A stretch of DNA of 52,557 nucleotides from Candidatus Sericytochromatia bacterium (GTDB lineage: Bacteria > Cyanobacteriota > Sericytochromatia > S15B-MN24 > UBA4093): positions 1 through 52,557 of the forward strand of contig JAKFCT010000048.1 in NCBI GenBank assembly GCA_036676495.1, read 5' to 3'. Each line of letters begins with the position of its first letter. Within the stretch, counting starts at the first letter, position 1. A program made the position numbers and the translations under genes. The notes below the pieces were generated by a model, which worked only from the letters and a program-made list of their open reading frames with translations, was not told the DNA's origin and ran no database searches. Shown piece by piece: positions 1 through 9,428 of the stretch.

Positions 1-661
1 CAGCCTGATGCGCTTCAAGGCCCCCCTGGTGGCGAGCTCCATCGCCGAGTACTTCCGCGACCAGGGCCTGCGCGTCTTCTTGATGATGGACTCGATGACC
101 CGCTTCGCCATGGCCATGCGCGAGATCGGCCTCGCCATCGGAGAGCCTCCCGCGCAGAAGGGCTACACCCCCTCGGTCTTCGCGCTGATCCCCAAGCTGC
201 TGGAGCGGGCGGGAACCTCCGACAAGGGCTCCATCACCGCCATCTACACCGTCCTGGTGGACGGCGGCGACATGGACGAGCCCATCGCCGACGCCGTCCG
301 AGGCGTGCTGGACGGCCACGTGGTCATGCTGCGCTCGATTGCTTCGCAGGGCATCTTCCCGGCGATCGACGTCCTCCAGAGCGTCAGCCGTCTGATCAAC
401 TTCCTGGCCACCAAGGAGCACTACGCGGCTCAGATGAAGGTCCGCCAGATCATGGCGGACTACCGCGAGGTCCAGGATCTCCTCAACATGGGAGCCTACG
501 TCCGCGGCACCAACCCGAACTACGACAAGGCCATCTCGCTCTGGGACCAGATCAAGGGCTTCCTCAAGCAAGGGATTCACGAGAACGATCCCTACGAGAA
601 CACGGTCAAGACCATCCTGATGCTGGGATCGGATACCTCCGCGGCCAGCATGTTCTCCTGA
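1..661 (+). CDS. fliI: Flagellar/T3SS export ATPase FliI/YscN family, 5'-truncated by window edge
   Basis: Motifs LMMDSMTRFAMAMREIGLAIGEPP, GYTPSV, LERAG, GSITA, DEPIADAVRGVLDGH, FPAIDVLQSVSR are typical of FliI/YscN. The frame is open from base 2 and stops at TGA 659-661. MCP genes in the window favour a flagellar role. Confidence 0.9.
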   Translation, partial: SLMRFKAPLVASSIAEYFRDQGLRVFLMMDSMTRFAMAMREIGLAIGEPPAQKGYTPSVFALIPKLLERAGTSDKGSITAIYTVLVDGGDMDEPIADAVRGVLDGHVVMLRSIASQGIFPAIDVLQSVSRLINFLATKEHYAAQMKVRQIMADYREVQDLLNMGAYVRGTNPNYDKAISLWDQIKGFLKQGIHENDPYENTVKTILMLGSDTSAASMFS

Positions 662-2500
662 TTACACGGGCAGGCTGAACCAGAAGGTGGAGCCGTGTCC
701 GAGGGTGCTGCGGACTCCGATCGCCCCTCCGTGCGCCTCGATGATCGCCTTGCAGATGCTGAGCCCGAGACCGGTCCCGCCCCGCTTCTCGCCGCTCTTC
801 AGCTGGGAGAAGTGGCGGAAGAGTTTCGGGACATCCACCGGGGCGATTCCCTCCCCGGTATCCTGCACCTCGCAGACCAGCCGATCCCCGTCGAGCCGCG
901 CGCTCAGCCGGATCATGCCTCCGGGTGGGGTGAACTTGATGGCGTTGGTGAGCAAGTTGATCAGCACCCGTTCGATACGCTGGGCATCCATGAGGGCGAC
1001 CAGCGGAGTCTCGGGCGCGCTCACCCAGAGGGTCAGCCGCGCTTCCTCGACCTGCGGTTTCAGGCTCTCCGCCACCTCTTGCAGCTTGCCTTGCAGATCG
1101 GTGCTCCCGAGCGTCAGCTTGAAGGTTCCCGCGTCCAGCCGGGCGAAGTCGAGCAGGTCGTTCAGCAGATACTCCAGGCGGCGGGCCCCCTTGTGAATCT
1201 GCCTGACGAACTCCAGCTGCTGGCCGCTGAGTTCGCCTCCGATCTCGTCCTCGAGGAACTCGGCATAGCCCATGATGGAGGTCAGCGGCGTGCGCAGGTC
1301 ATGGGAAACGGCGCCGACGAAGTTCGTCTTGAGCCGGTCGAGCTCGCGGGCCTGATCCAGCTCGGCCTGGCGCAGCGCGGATTCCTGGATGGTGTGATGG
1401 AGCTCGGTCGTCCGCTCCTCGACGGTGCGTGCGATCTGGGTGTTGCGGCTCGTCTCCGCGAAGAGATAAGCCCCGACCAGCGCGGTGATGAACAGGCCGC
1501 CGCCGAGGACGAGCCCGTCGAGCGGCAGGCCTTTCCCGACGGGGGCCGTGGGGTACAGATCCAGGCTCCACTGCCGCCCCCCGAAGTCGAGGGCCGTCAT
1601 GTACCGGATGGCATTCGCCCCGCTGGGGGGCTTCCCGCGGCTGAAGATCAGCTCAGGGTGGGCCGGATCCGTGCGATCGGTGAGCTGGAGGCCGACCTCG
1701 TCCAAGCTCAGGCCCGCCAAGGAAGCCTCCACCATGTCACCGATCCGGAAGACGCCCTCGGCGTAGCCGATCAGCTGTTCTCGCCGTTCCTCGAGGGTCT
1801 CCGGGACCCCCCCCTCGTAGACGGGCAGGAAGAGGGCGACCCCGGCCTGGTTTTCCCGCTCCTGGATCAAGGTGAACCGCCCGCTCGCCACGACGGCTCC
1901 CGAATCGCGCGCCTTCGTCAGGGCGTCGAGCCGGGCCGGCAGCTGCGGATCGTGGCCGAGGGCGCTCTCGTTACCTTGATAAGGCTCCACGTAGTAGACC
2001 GGGAAGTACTCCTCTCGCTCGCCTGCCGTGATGAGCGTGCCGTCTCCATTGCGATCGGTGAGCACGAAGGACGCGTAGCCGTCGCGGCGGGCCGCCCTCT
2101 CGTAGGCTTTCCGCTCCGCATGCCGGATCCGGGGCACCCATTCCATGGCCTGGATGCCGGGATTCTGCCGGATCGGCCCCGCGCAGAAGACGTGAAAGGA
2201 GTTCCGGTCGACCTCCTTCGAGGCGTCGAAGAAGCGCCGGACGGAATGCAGGAACTCCACGTAGCGGTGAATGTCCTTCGACAGGGAGGCCGAGATGTTG
2301 ACGGCATTGCGCTCGAAACGCGCCTGGGCCAGGCTACGCTCGCGATCCTGCGTGTAGCGGAAGGCCAGGAACGAGCTCGCCATGCCGATTCCGATGACCA
2401 GGAGAATCACCCAGTGGCGGAAGGCGGGCGTGGGGCGTTTGGGGTCTTGGTCGTGGCTTTGCAACGGGCCCCTTTCCACGTGGAGGTCAACGCCAAACAA
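662..2500 (-). CDS. CHASE-domain sensor histidine kinase
   Basis: Order is TM helix, CHASE signature (IQAMEWVPRI, REEYFPVYYVEPY, NESALGHD, ARDSG), second TM, HisKA H-box (VSHDLRTPLTSI), HATPase N/G boxes (NLLTNAIKFT, DTGEGI, GTGLGLSI). The TTG start is uncertain. Confidence 0.9.
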   Translation of the reverse strand: MFGVDLHVERGPLQSHDQDPKRPTPAFRHWVILLVIGIGMASSFLAFRYTQDRERSLAQARFERNAVNISASLSKDIHRYVEFLHSVRRFFDASKEVDRNSFHVFCAGPIRQNPGIQAMEWVPRIRHAERKAYERAARRDGYASFVLTDRNGDGTLITAGEREEYFPVYYVEPYQGNESALGHDPQLPARLDALTKARDSGAVVASGRFTLIQERENQAGVALFLPVYEGGVPETLEERREQLIGYAEGVFRIGDMVEASLAGLSLDEVGLQLTDRTDPAHPELIFSRGKPPSGANAIRYMTALDFGGRQWSLDLYPTAPVGKGLPLDGLVLGGGLFITALVGAYLFAETSRNTQIARTVEERTTELHHTIQESALRQAELDQARELDRLKTNFVGAVSHDLRTPLTSIMGYAEFLEDEIGGELSGQQLEFVRQIHKGARRLEYLLNDLLDFARLDAGTFKLTLGSTDLQGKLQEVAESLKPQVEEARLTLWVSAPETPLVALMDAQRIERVLINLLTNAIKFTPPGGMIRLSARLDGDRLVCEVQDTGEGIAPVDVPKLFRHFSQLKSGEKRGGTGLGLSICKAIIEAHGGAIGVRSTLGHGSTFWFSLPV

Positions 2501-2588
2501 CGTCGCTGAATCGGGTCAAACGTTTTGATACTTCTACTTCTACTTCGGATCGCGAAGCATTGCAACCCGGATAACGCTCCTGGCTTTG

Positions 2589-2617
2589 TTGACAGGCTCG
2601 ATCGCCCCCTCTATACT
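2589..2617 (+). promoter_or_regulatory. sigma70-type promoter for the riboswitch-btuB operon
   Basis: TTGACA (2589-2594), 17-nt spacer, TATACT (2612-2617). Confidence 0.75.
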
Positions 2618-2699
2618 CGGGGCATTCTCACTCTTAGCGGCCGGGGGCCGCGCGGAGCCGCTCCATCGGGGGTCCGGTGGGACGCTCCAAACATGCTCA

Positions 2700-2814
2700 G
2701 GACGGGAGAAGTCCGGTGGAAGTCCGGCGCTGTCCCGCAACGGTAAGGGAGTTTTCCCAAGCCCGATCGCCTGTCCCAGAGCTTGTGCAGTTGTCGCTCT
2801 TCGAGGCAAAGAGC
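2700..2814 (+). ncRNA. Cobalamin (B12) riboswitch, compact form
   Basis: Core GGGAGAAGTCCGGTGGAAGTCCGGCGCTGTCCCGCAACGGTAA...AAGCCCGATCGCCTG resembles the cobalamin aptamer consensus. GGACGGG (2700-2706) pairs with CCTGTCC (2770-2776). A downstream hairpin GCTCTTCGAGGCAAAGAGC (P13-like) follows, and the element sits upstream of a TonB-dependent receptor. Confidence 0.88.
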
Positions 2815-2853
2815 CAGCACAGGGACGGATCTGTCCCTTGATTGTTGCTTTTT

Positions 2854-2877
2854 GCCCTCTTCCGAGAGGGCTTTTTT
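2854..2877 (+). terminator. Riboswitch expression platform: intrinsic terminator / SD-sequestering hairpin
   Basis: GCCCTCT-TCCG-AGAGGGC followed by TTTTTT ends 2 nt before the btuB ATG (2879). The 3' arm contains the SD-like GAGAGG. Confidence 0.8.
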
Positions 2878-2878
2878 C

Positions 2879-4708
2879 ATGCGGATTCCCCTTCTGGCCG
2901 CCGGCGCGATCGCCTGCATGCCAGCTTCAGCCCACGCGGCGGAGATCCTGCAGCTCGAGCCGGTCGTCGTCCGATCCGCTCGGCCTCCCTTCTCCTCGCA
3001 GCCCCAGCAGGTGACGCTCATCCGGGCGCCTGAGATCCTGCGCTCCGGCGCCGTCACCCTCGGACAGCTGCTGAACGATCAGCCGGGCCTGAGCGTTCGC
3101 CAGTACGGCGCCCTCGGCGCGCTTTCCACCCTCACCATGCGCGGGGCGCTCGGAGAAGGCATCCTCGTCCTGCGCGACGGCGTCAAGCTCAACAGCCCGG
3201 AGCGCGGAGGCGTCGACCTCTCCACCATCTCCCTGCTCGGCGTCTCGCGCGTCGAGATCCTTCACGGCGCGGCCTCGGGGCTCTACGGCTCCGAAGCCAT
3301 CGGAGGCGTCATCAACCTGGTCTCCGAGGAGGAGCCCCAGAACCGCCTGGAGACCGGGATCGGCTCATGGGGCTTCCGGACGCTCGCCACCGAGCTGGGG
3401 GCGCGCCTCGGCGATTCGCGCGTTGCCGTCGGCGTGCGCCGGAGCGCCGCCACCAACGAATACCCCTACCGCTACCGGGACGAAACGGCCTCCCGGGCAA
3501 ATGACGCGCTGGAAGGCACCGAACTCTGGGTCGGCCTCGATCAGCGCCATGCGAGCGGAGACCTCCGGGTGAACCTCGCCTTCAACCACCGCAACAAGGG
3601 CCTGCCGGGACCGGTCAACTTCCCCTCGCCCCTGGCGAACCAGCTCAATACGGAGGCCCAGGGCAGCGTCCGCTGGAGCCAGTGGCTGCAGCCGGAACTG
3701 GAGCAGACGACCACGCTCTCCCATCACCGCTCGGCGCTTCACTACTCCGACCCGCAATCGATCTACGCCAAGCAATCCGAGAGCCTCTTGAACTCCACCG
3801 ATGCCCAGACGCAACTGCTCTGGCTCTCGGAGGCGCATGAAACGCGCCTGGGAGCGGGCTTGCGGATGGACCGGGTGCTCGGCTCGAACGTGGGAAGCCG
3901 CGAGCGCACGCTCGCCAGCGCCTTCGTCCATGATGCCTGGTTCCTGAATCCTGACGTCACGGCTTTCACCAACCTTCGATTGGATCATCATCCGGGCTTC
4001 GGCCTGGAGGCCAGCCCTCGCCTGGGGCTCACCTACCAGCTCGCGGCGCCGCTGCGGCTGCGCGCCTCGCTGGGGCGCGCCTACCGGGCTCCGACCCTCA
4101 ACGACCTCTACTGGCCGCGCAGCGGCAACCCCGACTTGCGCCCCGAGCGCACCGCGGTCTACGAGGTCGGCCTCGACGCCCGCCATGGCCCCTGGACCGT
4201 CGCGAGCACCGTTTTCTACCATCGCGGCTCCGATACGATCCTCTGGATGCCGGGGACCGGCGAGGACTGGTCCCCGATCAACGCGGGCCTTACCGAAACC
4301 AGGGGCATCGAGGCCAAGGCGACCCTCCAGCTGACCGAGCAGATCGGCCTTTCGGGGGGAGGGACCTGGCTTTCAGCGCGCGATGCGAGCCAGACGGGGG
4401 CGGCTGCCGGCAAGGTCTTGCTTTACCGTCCTTCCGTCCTGGCGGATCTGGCCCTGAGGGTCCAGCCCGTGAACGCGCTCTCCCTGACTCTGGGCTGGAG
4501 CATGACGGGCGAACGGTTCACGACGGCCCAGAATACCGAAAGCTTGCCGGCGCATGACCTCTGGTCGGCAAGCCTCACTTACGCGCTGAACGCGCAAAAC
4601 ACCTTGACCCTCCGGGGCGAGAACCTCGCAGACCGCACCTACGTGCTGCAACCTTACTACCCCATGCCGGGCAGGACCTTCGTGGCCTCCTGGACTCTCC
4701 GCTTCTAA
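2879..4708 (+). CDS. btuB: TonB-dependent cobalamin receptor (BtuB-like)
   Basis: Signal peptide, TonB-box-like EPVVV, plug motifs (VLRDGVKLN, RVEILHGAASGLYGSEAIGGVINLV), barrel motifs (YRAPTLNDLY, GNPDLRPE, ENLADRTY, PGRTF) and C-terminal Phe. It lies under a B12 riboswitch. Start moved to ATG 2879. Confidence 0.88.
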   Translation: MRIPLLAAGAIACMPASAHAAEILQLEPVVVRSARPPFSSQPQQVTLIRAPEILRSGAVTLGQLLNDQPGLSVRQYGALGALSTLTMRGALGEGILVLRDGVKLNSPERGGVDLSTISLLGVSRVEILHGAASGLYGSEAIGGVINLVSEEEPQNRLETGIGSWGFRTLATELGARLGDSRVAVGVRRSAATNEYPYRYRDETASRANDALEGTELWVGLDQRHASGDLRVNLAFNHRNKGLPGPVNFPSPLANQLNTEAQGSVRWSQWLQPELEQTTTLSHHRSALHYSDPQSIYAKQSESLLNSTDAQTQLLWLSEAHETRLGAGLRMDRVLGSNVGSRERTLASAFVHDAWFLNPDVTAFTNLRLDHHPGFGLEASPRLGLTYQLAAPLRLRASLGRAYRAPTLNDLYWPRSGNPDLRPERTAVYEVGLDARHGPWTVASTVFYHRGSDTILWMPGTGEDWSPINAGLTETRGIEAKATLQLTEQIGLSGGGTWLSARDASQTGAAAGKVLLYRPSVLADLALRVQPVNALSLTLGWSMTGERFTTAQNTESLPAHDLWSASLTYALNAQNTLTLRGENLADRTYVLQPYYPMPGRTFVASWTLRF

Positions 4709-4719
4709 AGGAGCTTTCC

Positions 4720-5745
4720 ATGCGTTTCATTCCCTTGATGCTTTCCCTCTCCCTCGCGGCCGTGAGCGGTTGCGCCCTCATCACGGCTCCGGATACGAGC
4801 GGGGAGTCGGCCGCGCCGCGCCTCGCCATGTACGTCATGAACGGCCTGAGCAAGACGATCGACGAGGTCGACCTCGCGACCATGAAGGTCAAGCCCTCGG
4901 TGCTCTCCACCGGGCTCTACCCCAACCAGCTGCTCACCCTGGGCAAGCTGACCTACCTCGTCAACTCGGGCGATCACAACGTGGTCAAGCTGGATCTGCG
5001 GGCCCGCAAGACGCTCGACACCTTCAACCTGACGAACGGCTCCAACCCCATGACCCTTCAGATCATCGAGGGGAACAAGGCGCTGGTGGTGAATTACGTG
5101 AGCGCGGACGTGGCGTTCGTGGATCTCGGCACCAAGACGGTCGAGGCGACGCTGAAGCTGGACAAGGGCCAGCCGGGTGGCGGGGTGGCGATCGCCAACG
5201 GCAAGGCCTACGTGGCCGCCGTCGAGGCGACCTACGGTCCCGCGCCGGACTACGTGACGACCTATTCCTTCTCGGGAATCCACGTGATCGACCTCGCCAC
5301 CCGCAAGGTCGCCAAGACGATCACCTTCGACGCCGTGGATGCGAACCCCTTGAACGTCTCGGCCTCGCCGGACGGTCAGATCGTCGTGGGCATCAAGGAT
5401 GGCCTCGCGTTCATCGACCCGGCGACCGACGCGGTGGCGGCCACGCTCTCCTTCGGGGCGCAGATTGGCTCGGTGCAGTACGTCAGCGCGACCAAGGCCT
5501 TCGGCTCGTTCTACGGCGGGCTGGTCTCGTTCGATCCGTCCAAGCGGGCGGTGCTGCGGGGTTCGGAGCAGGCGATCGCCGTCGATGGCGCCGGAGCCTT
5601 CAAGATCTTCCGGAACGCCGCCTACGTGACCAACTTCGGGAAGGATACCGTCACCGTGGTCGACCTGGCGACGGAAGCCGCCTCCGGGTCGCCGATTCCC
5701 GTGGGCGATGGCCCGCAGGACCTCACCTTCGTGACGGCTGATTAG
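4720..5745 (+). CDS. YncE/YVTN-type beta-propeller lipoprotein, probable B12-uptake accessory protein
   Basis: Lipobox AVSGC and repeated propeller blades (YVMNG, YLVNSG, YVTNFG..TVTVVD, PVGDGP). Starts 11 bp after btuB. Confidence 0.75.
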   Translation: MRFIPLMLSLSLAAVSGCALITAPDTSGESAAPRLAMYVMNGLSKTIDEVDLATMKVKPSVLSTGLYPNQLLTLGKLTYLVNSGDHNVVKLDLRARKTLDTFNLTNGSNPMTLQIIEGNKALVVNYVSADVAFVDLGTKTVEATLKLDKGQPGGGVAIANGKAYVAAVEATYGPAPDYVTTYSFSGIHVIDLATRKVAKTITFDAVDANPLNVSASPDGQIVVGIKDGLAFIDPATDAVAATLSFGAQIGSVQYVSATKAFGSFYGGLVSFDPSKRAVLRGSEQAIAVDGAGAFKIFRNAAYVTNFGKDTVTVVDLATEAASGSPIPVGDGPQDLTFVTAD

Positions 5746-5777
5746 GCTTGCTCAGGGTAGCTCAAATCAGGGTGTTT

Positions 5778-5801
5778 GTGGGGCGGGCCTCTGTGCCCGC
5801 C
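5778..5801 (+). repeat. REP element copy 1 (GTGG foot + 7-bp stem)
   Basis: GTGG-GGCGGGC-CTCTGT-GCCCGCC, part of a 40-bp direct repeat (5765-5804 = 5843-5882). Confidence 0.85.
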
Positions 5802-5855
5802 ATGACACAGGCCCCTGGGTGGGGTGTCCAGGTGGATGCTCGAATCAGGGTGTTT

Positions 5856-5879
5856 GTGGGGCGGGCCTCTGTGCCCGCC
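5856..5879 (+). repeat. REP element copy 2
   Basis: Identical to copy 1 and 78 bp downstream of it. Confidence 0.85.
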
Positions 5880-5947
5880 ATGGCTTCAATTGTGAAGTAA
5901 TAATGTAATCTAATAGTTACATCAAACTTTGCATGAGAGGGCCCATG

Positions 5948-6415
5948 ATGAAGAAGGCTGCCTCAGATACATTGTCGGTTTACCGCCGGCGACTGCCCCA
6001 CTGGCGCAAGCATGGGGCGACGTACTTCGTGACGTGGTGCATGCATCCCTTTCAGGCCGATCTGGAGGCCCAGGAGCGCGAACTCGTCGTTCAATCCCTG
6101 CGGCATTTCGATGATCTGCGTTACGAGTTGTCGGCTTACGTGGTGATGAATGACCATGTGCATACCCTGGTGACGCCAAGGGAAGCACACCCTCTGGAAA
6201 CCATTATTCATGGTTGGAAATCTTACACCGCTTACCAGATGAGGCGGGTGCATCAGCGCCATGGAAGGATCTGGCAGGATGAGTATTTCGACCGTCTGAT
6301 TCGTGACGAGCACGAACTCCTGCGGACGGTCGGCTATATCCTGAACAATGCCAGGCGGCGCTGGCCCGACTGGAAAGACTATCCTTGGGTTGGGCTACGG
6401 AGCTTTCTCAATTAG
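5948..6415 (+). mobile_element. rayT: REP-associated tyrosine transposase (RAYT/TnpA-REP, HUH Y1 family)
   Basis: Motifs RRRLPHW..GATYFVT, HUH motif YVVMNDHVH, WKSYT, and WQDEYFDRLIRD..L....YILNN (catalytic Tyr). Flanked by inverted REPs and lower in GC than its neighbours. Start may be 5933, 5945 or 5948. Confidence 0.9.
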
Positions 6416-6433
6416 TGAATGGATTGAAGCCAA

Positions 6434-6457
6434 GGCGGGCACGGAGGCCCGCCCCAC
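6434..6457 (-). repeat. REP element copy 3 (inverted)
   Basis: Reverse complement reads GTGG-GGCGGGC-CTCCGT-GCCCGCC. 6423-6461 is a 39-bp inverted repeat of 5852-5890 with 2 mismatches. Confidence 0.85.
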
Positions 6458-6511
6458 AAACCCCAAGAAAGAAAGCTCCCACCCCAGAAAAGGAAAGCTC
6501 CCGAGAGCCCG

Positions 6512-6913
6512 CTACTCGGCCTTCGGCGCGAAGTTCAGCGACGCCGAGTTCACGCAGTAGCGCAGGCCCGTGGGCGCGGGGCCGTCCTCGAAGACATGGC
6601 CCAGGTGCGCACCGCAGCGTCGGCACATGATTTCCGTGCGGACCATGCCGTGGCTGCGGTCCACCTCGGTCTCGATGTTCTCCGCGACCGCCGGGGCATA
6701 GAAGCTCGGCCAGCCGCAATGCGCGTTGAACTTCGTCTCCGAGGGGAAGAGAGGCTCTCCGCAGCAGACGCACGTGTAGGTGCCCGCTTCCGTGTGAAGG
6801 TTGTACGCGCCGCTATGCGGGCGTTCGGTTCCCTTCTCGCGGGTGACGTGGTACTGCTCGGGCGTGAGCTGGGCGCGCCATTCCGCTTCGGACTTCTGGA
6901 TCTTTTCCGCCAT
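6512..6913 (-). CDS. msrB: Peptide-methionine (R)-S-oxide reductase
   Basis: [60 protein letters not shown]. The true start is ATG 6913, preceded by SD AAGGAGG. Confidence 0.95.
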   Translation of the reverse strand: MAEKIQKSEAEWRAQLTPEQYHVTREKGTERPHSGAYNLHTEAGTYTCVCCGEPLFPSETKFNAHCGWPSFYAPAVAENIETEVDRSHGMVRTEIMCRRCGAHLGHVFEDGPAPTGLRYCVNSASLNFAPKAE

Positions 6914-6924
6914 GGGATCCTCCT

Positions 6925-8874
6925 TTACGCGTCGTCTTCCACCAGCATCAGCCAGCGTTCCGTGACGGCTTCGAGCTGAGCTTTGAGGTGAGTATAACGC
7001 TCGGAGAGCTCCGCGGCCCGGCCGGGGTCTCCCTCGTAAAGCGCGGGATTTCCCAGGTCCGCCTCGGTCTGGGCGATCTGGGCCTCCAGCGATGCGACGT
7101 CGGCTTCCGCCTGGGCGATGTCCTGGAGGCGCTGACGTGCCGCGTTGGTGTTCTTTTTGGGCTTGGCCGCAGGTGCCGCGGCCTGGCCCGCCGCTCCGGC
7201 TTGCTGCTGAGCGGCCTGGCTCTGGGTGTCTCGGCGCTGGGCGTCCTCGCGCTCGCGTTGGCGCCATTCGGCGAGCTTGGCGCGGGTCTCGGAGTAGGTG
7301 CCCAGGTGCAACTGCGGGCGGCCGTCGACCCAGGCGAGGGTGTGGGTGGCGACTTGATCCAGCAAGTAGCGGTCGTGCGAGATCAAGAGGACCGTACCCT
7401 CGTAGGTGCGAAGCGCCTCGGCGAGCATCTCCTTGCTGGCCAGGTCGAGATGGTTGGTCGGCTCGTCGAGCATCAGGAGGTTCGAGGGCCGCATCAGGAG
7501 CTTGGCCAGGCAAAGGCGGGCGCGCTCGCCCCCTGAAAGCTTCGCGACCGGCTTGAAGACTTCCTCCCCGGTGAAGAGGAAGCGGGCCAGCAGCGCGCGC
7601 GTGCGCTCCAGGGTCCAGCCGTCGACCGAGTAGTAGGCCTCGTCGAGCACCGTCCGGCTCTCGTCGAGTTGGTCGGACTGGTGCTGCGAGTAGTAGGCGG
7701 GCTTCACGTTGTAGCCGAGCGCCACTTCCCCGTCATCGGGCTCCTCGACCTGGGCCAGGATCCGCAGCAGGGTGGACTTGCCGCAGCCGTTGGGGCCGAC
7801 GAGCACCAGGCGCTGCCCGCGCTCCAGCTTGAGGTCGACCGCGTCCAGGATGGTCTTGCCGCCGTAGGCCTTGCGGATCTCGCCGGCGCGCAGGACGGCC
7901 TGGCCCGACGGAGGGGCCGGGGGGAAGCGGAACTTGACGGTGGAGGCTTCCGTGGGAGCCTCGATCCGCTCGATCTTCTCCAGCTGCTTCTCGCGGCTCT
8001 TGGCCTGCGTGGAGCGCGTCGCCGACGCCCGGAATTTCTCGACGAAGGCCTGCTGGCGCGCGAGCTCGCGCTGCTGCCGCGCGTAAGCCGCTTCCTGGGC
8101 GGCCATGCGCTCTTTTTTGAGCTCGAGGTAGCCCGAGTAGTTGGTGGCATAGTCGGTGAGCTTGCCGTTCTCCAGCTCCGCCACGCGGGTGATGACGCGG
8201 TCCAGGAAGGTCCGGTCATGCGAGATCAGGAGCAGGGTGCCGGGATAGCCGCTCAGGTAATCCTCGAGCCATTCGATGGCTTGAAGGTCGAGGTGGTTGG
8301 TGGGCTCGTCCAGCAGAAGCAGGTCCGGGGCCATGAGGAGCAGCTTGGCGAGGTTCACCCGCATCTGCCAGCCTCCCGAGAAGGATTCGACGGGGCGCTG
8401 GCGGTCAGCTTCGGAGAAGCCGAGGCCCGCGAGGACCTTGCCGATCTCGGTCTCGGCGGTGTAGCCGCCCAGCCGCTCGAACTCGTCGGTGAGGTGGGCC
8501 TGCTCGGCCACCAGCGCATCGAGCTCATGCGGGTTCCCGGCGGTGCTGGCCTGGTGGATCCGGTCGGCGATCGCCGCCAGTTCCCGGTTCTTCGAGGCGA
8601 TCGCCTCGAAGGCGGTCCACATCTCGGCCTGAACCGTCCGGCCCGCAATCCCCGGCAACTCCTGGGCCAGGTGCCCGATCTGGGCGCGGGGACGCAGTGA
8701 AACCTTGCCCTCGTCCGGATCGAGCTGGCCGATCAGGATCTTGATCAAGGTCGACTTGCCGGCGCCGTTGGCTCCGACCAGGCCGATCCGCTCCCCGGAG
8801 CTGACGTGCCAGTCGACCTTGTCCAGGACCGTGCGGGTGGGGAAGTGCTTGGAAAGTTGTGAAACGGTGATCAT
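6925..8874 (-). CDS. ABC-F family ATPase (two NBDs, no TM; Uup/YheS-like)
   Basis: Two Walker A motifs ([18 protein letters not shown]), signatures FSGGW and LSGGE, two LDEPTNHLD, and a C-terminal coiled-coil. Confidence 0.93.
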   Translation of the reverse strand: MITVSQLSKHFPTRTVLDKVDWHVSSGERIGLVGANGAGKSTLIKILIGQLDPDEGKVSLRPRAQIGHLAQELPGIAGRTVQAEMWTAFEAIASKNRELAAIADRIHQASTAGNPHELDALVAEQAHLTDEFERLGGYTAETEIGKVLAGLGFSEADRQRPVESFSGGWQMRVNLAKLLLMAPDLLLLDEPTNHLDLQAIEWLEDYLSGYPGTLLLISHDRTFLDRVITRVAELENGKLTDYATNYSGYLELKKERMAAQEAAYARQQRELARQQAFVEKFRASATRSTQAKSREKQLEKIERIEAPTEASTVKFRFPPAPPSGQAVLRAGEIRKAYGGKTILDAVDLKLERGQRLVLVGPNGCGKSTLLRILAQVEEPDDGEVALGYNVKPAYYSQHQSDQLDESRTVLDEAYYSVDGWTLERTRALLARFLFTGEEVFKPVAKLSGGERARLCLAKLLMRPSNLLMLDEPTNHLDLASKEMLAEALRTYEGTVLLISHDRYLLDQVATHTLAWVDGRPQLHLGTYSETRAKLAEWRQREREDAQRRDTQSQAAQQQAGAAGQAAAPAAKPKKNTNAARQRLQDIAQAEADVASLEAQIAQTEADLGNPALYEGDPGRAAELSERYTHLKAQLEAVTERWLMLVEDDA

Positions 8875-9016
8875 TCCCGTAGTTTACCACGGCGGCCCGC
8901 AGCACGGGCCGTCGCAGCCCCCTGCAAGGGCGTTTGCGCGTATACTGAGGGGAGCCTCCCCGGGGATCGTCCCCGGTGGCTTGCCCCGCATCGCCCCGCG
9001 TCGAGGAGAGACCCGC

Positions 9017-9367
9017 ATGAGTTTCGATCGCATGGCCGAGTGGCAGATCCGTCAGGCGCAGGAGCGTGGCGACTTCGATCGTCTTGAAGGCCTTGGCAAG
9101 CCCCTGGACGCCCACGACCTCTCCGGACTCGATGCCGCGGAGCGCTTCCAGGCCGTGTTGGCTAGGTCGGTCGGAGGGGCTCCCGAAGAGGTCCTGCTGT
9201 ACCGGGAGATCGAGACGCTGCGCGCGCACCATGCGCGGGAAACCGAGCCGGCTCGCCAGCAAGCCCTCATCAACCAGATCAGAGCCCTGGCCCTGAGGCT
9301 CAGCCTGCTGCATGAGAAGGCGGGCCGCTTTCTGGCGGCCAAGCAAGCGTCCGAGCTCATTCCCTGA
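9017..9367 (+). CDS. DUF1992 (DnaJ subfamily C28-like) domain protein
   Basis: AEWQIRQAQERGDFDRLEGLGKPL signature and SD GAGGAG before ATG 9017. Confidence 0.8.
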   Translation: MSFDRMAEWQIRQAQERGDFDRLEGLGKPLDAHDLSGLDAAERFQAVLARSVGGAPEEVLLYREIETLRAHHARETEPARQQALINQIRALALRLSLLHEKAGRFLAAKQASELIP

Positions 9368-9428
9368 GCGCGGCGCGACCCCGCGGCCGGCGTGGACGGA
9401 AGCCCCGCGGAGGGCTACAATTCCCTAT

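Noticed and set aside
695-2509. Long antisense ORFs mirroring real genes (also 7669-8700, 19784-22537, 23453-25924, 30145-33261, 35559-37052, 48319-49722)
   Set aside because: These are shadow ORFs expected from high GC3 codon bias. They have no motifs, and the opposite strand carries a clearly recognisable protein.
2529-2546. (TACTTC)3 microsatellite between divergent genes
   Set aside because: Too short to support phase variation or a binding-site claim.
5765-5882. Two 40-bp direct repeats separated by 38 bp, resembling a mini CRISPR array
   Set aside because: There are only two units, no cas genes, and a third copy is inverted beyond a RAYT gene, so REP elements explain it better.
5948-6415. 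IS200/IS605 element with TnpB or an omegaRNA
   Set aside because: No tnpB/iscB ORF is adjacent. The motifs and GTGG-footed inverted palindromes fit RAYT.
6460-6502. Imperfect ~21-bp tandem repeat (ACCCCA..GAAAGCTCCC) next to REP3
   Set aside because: No matching copy on the left side of the element, so it is not a target-site duplication. No function can be supported.
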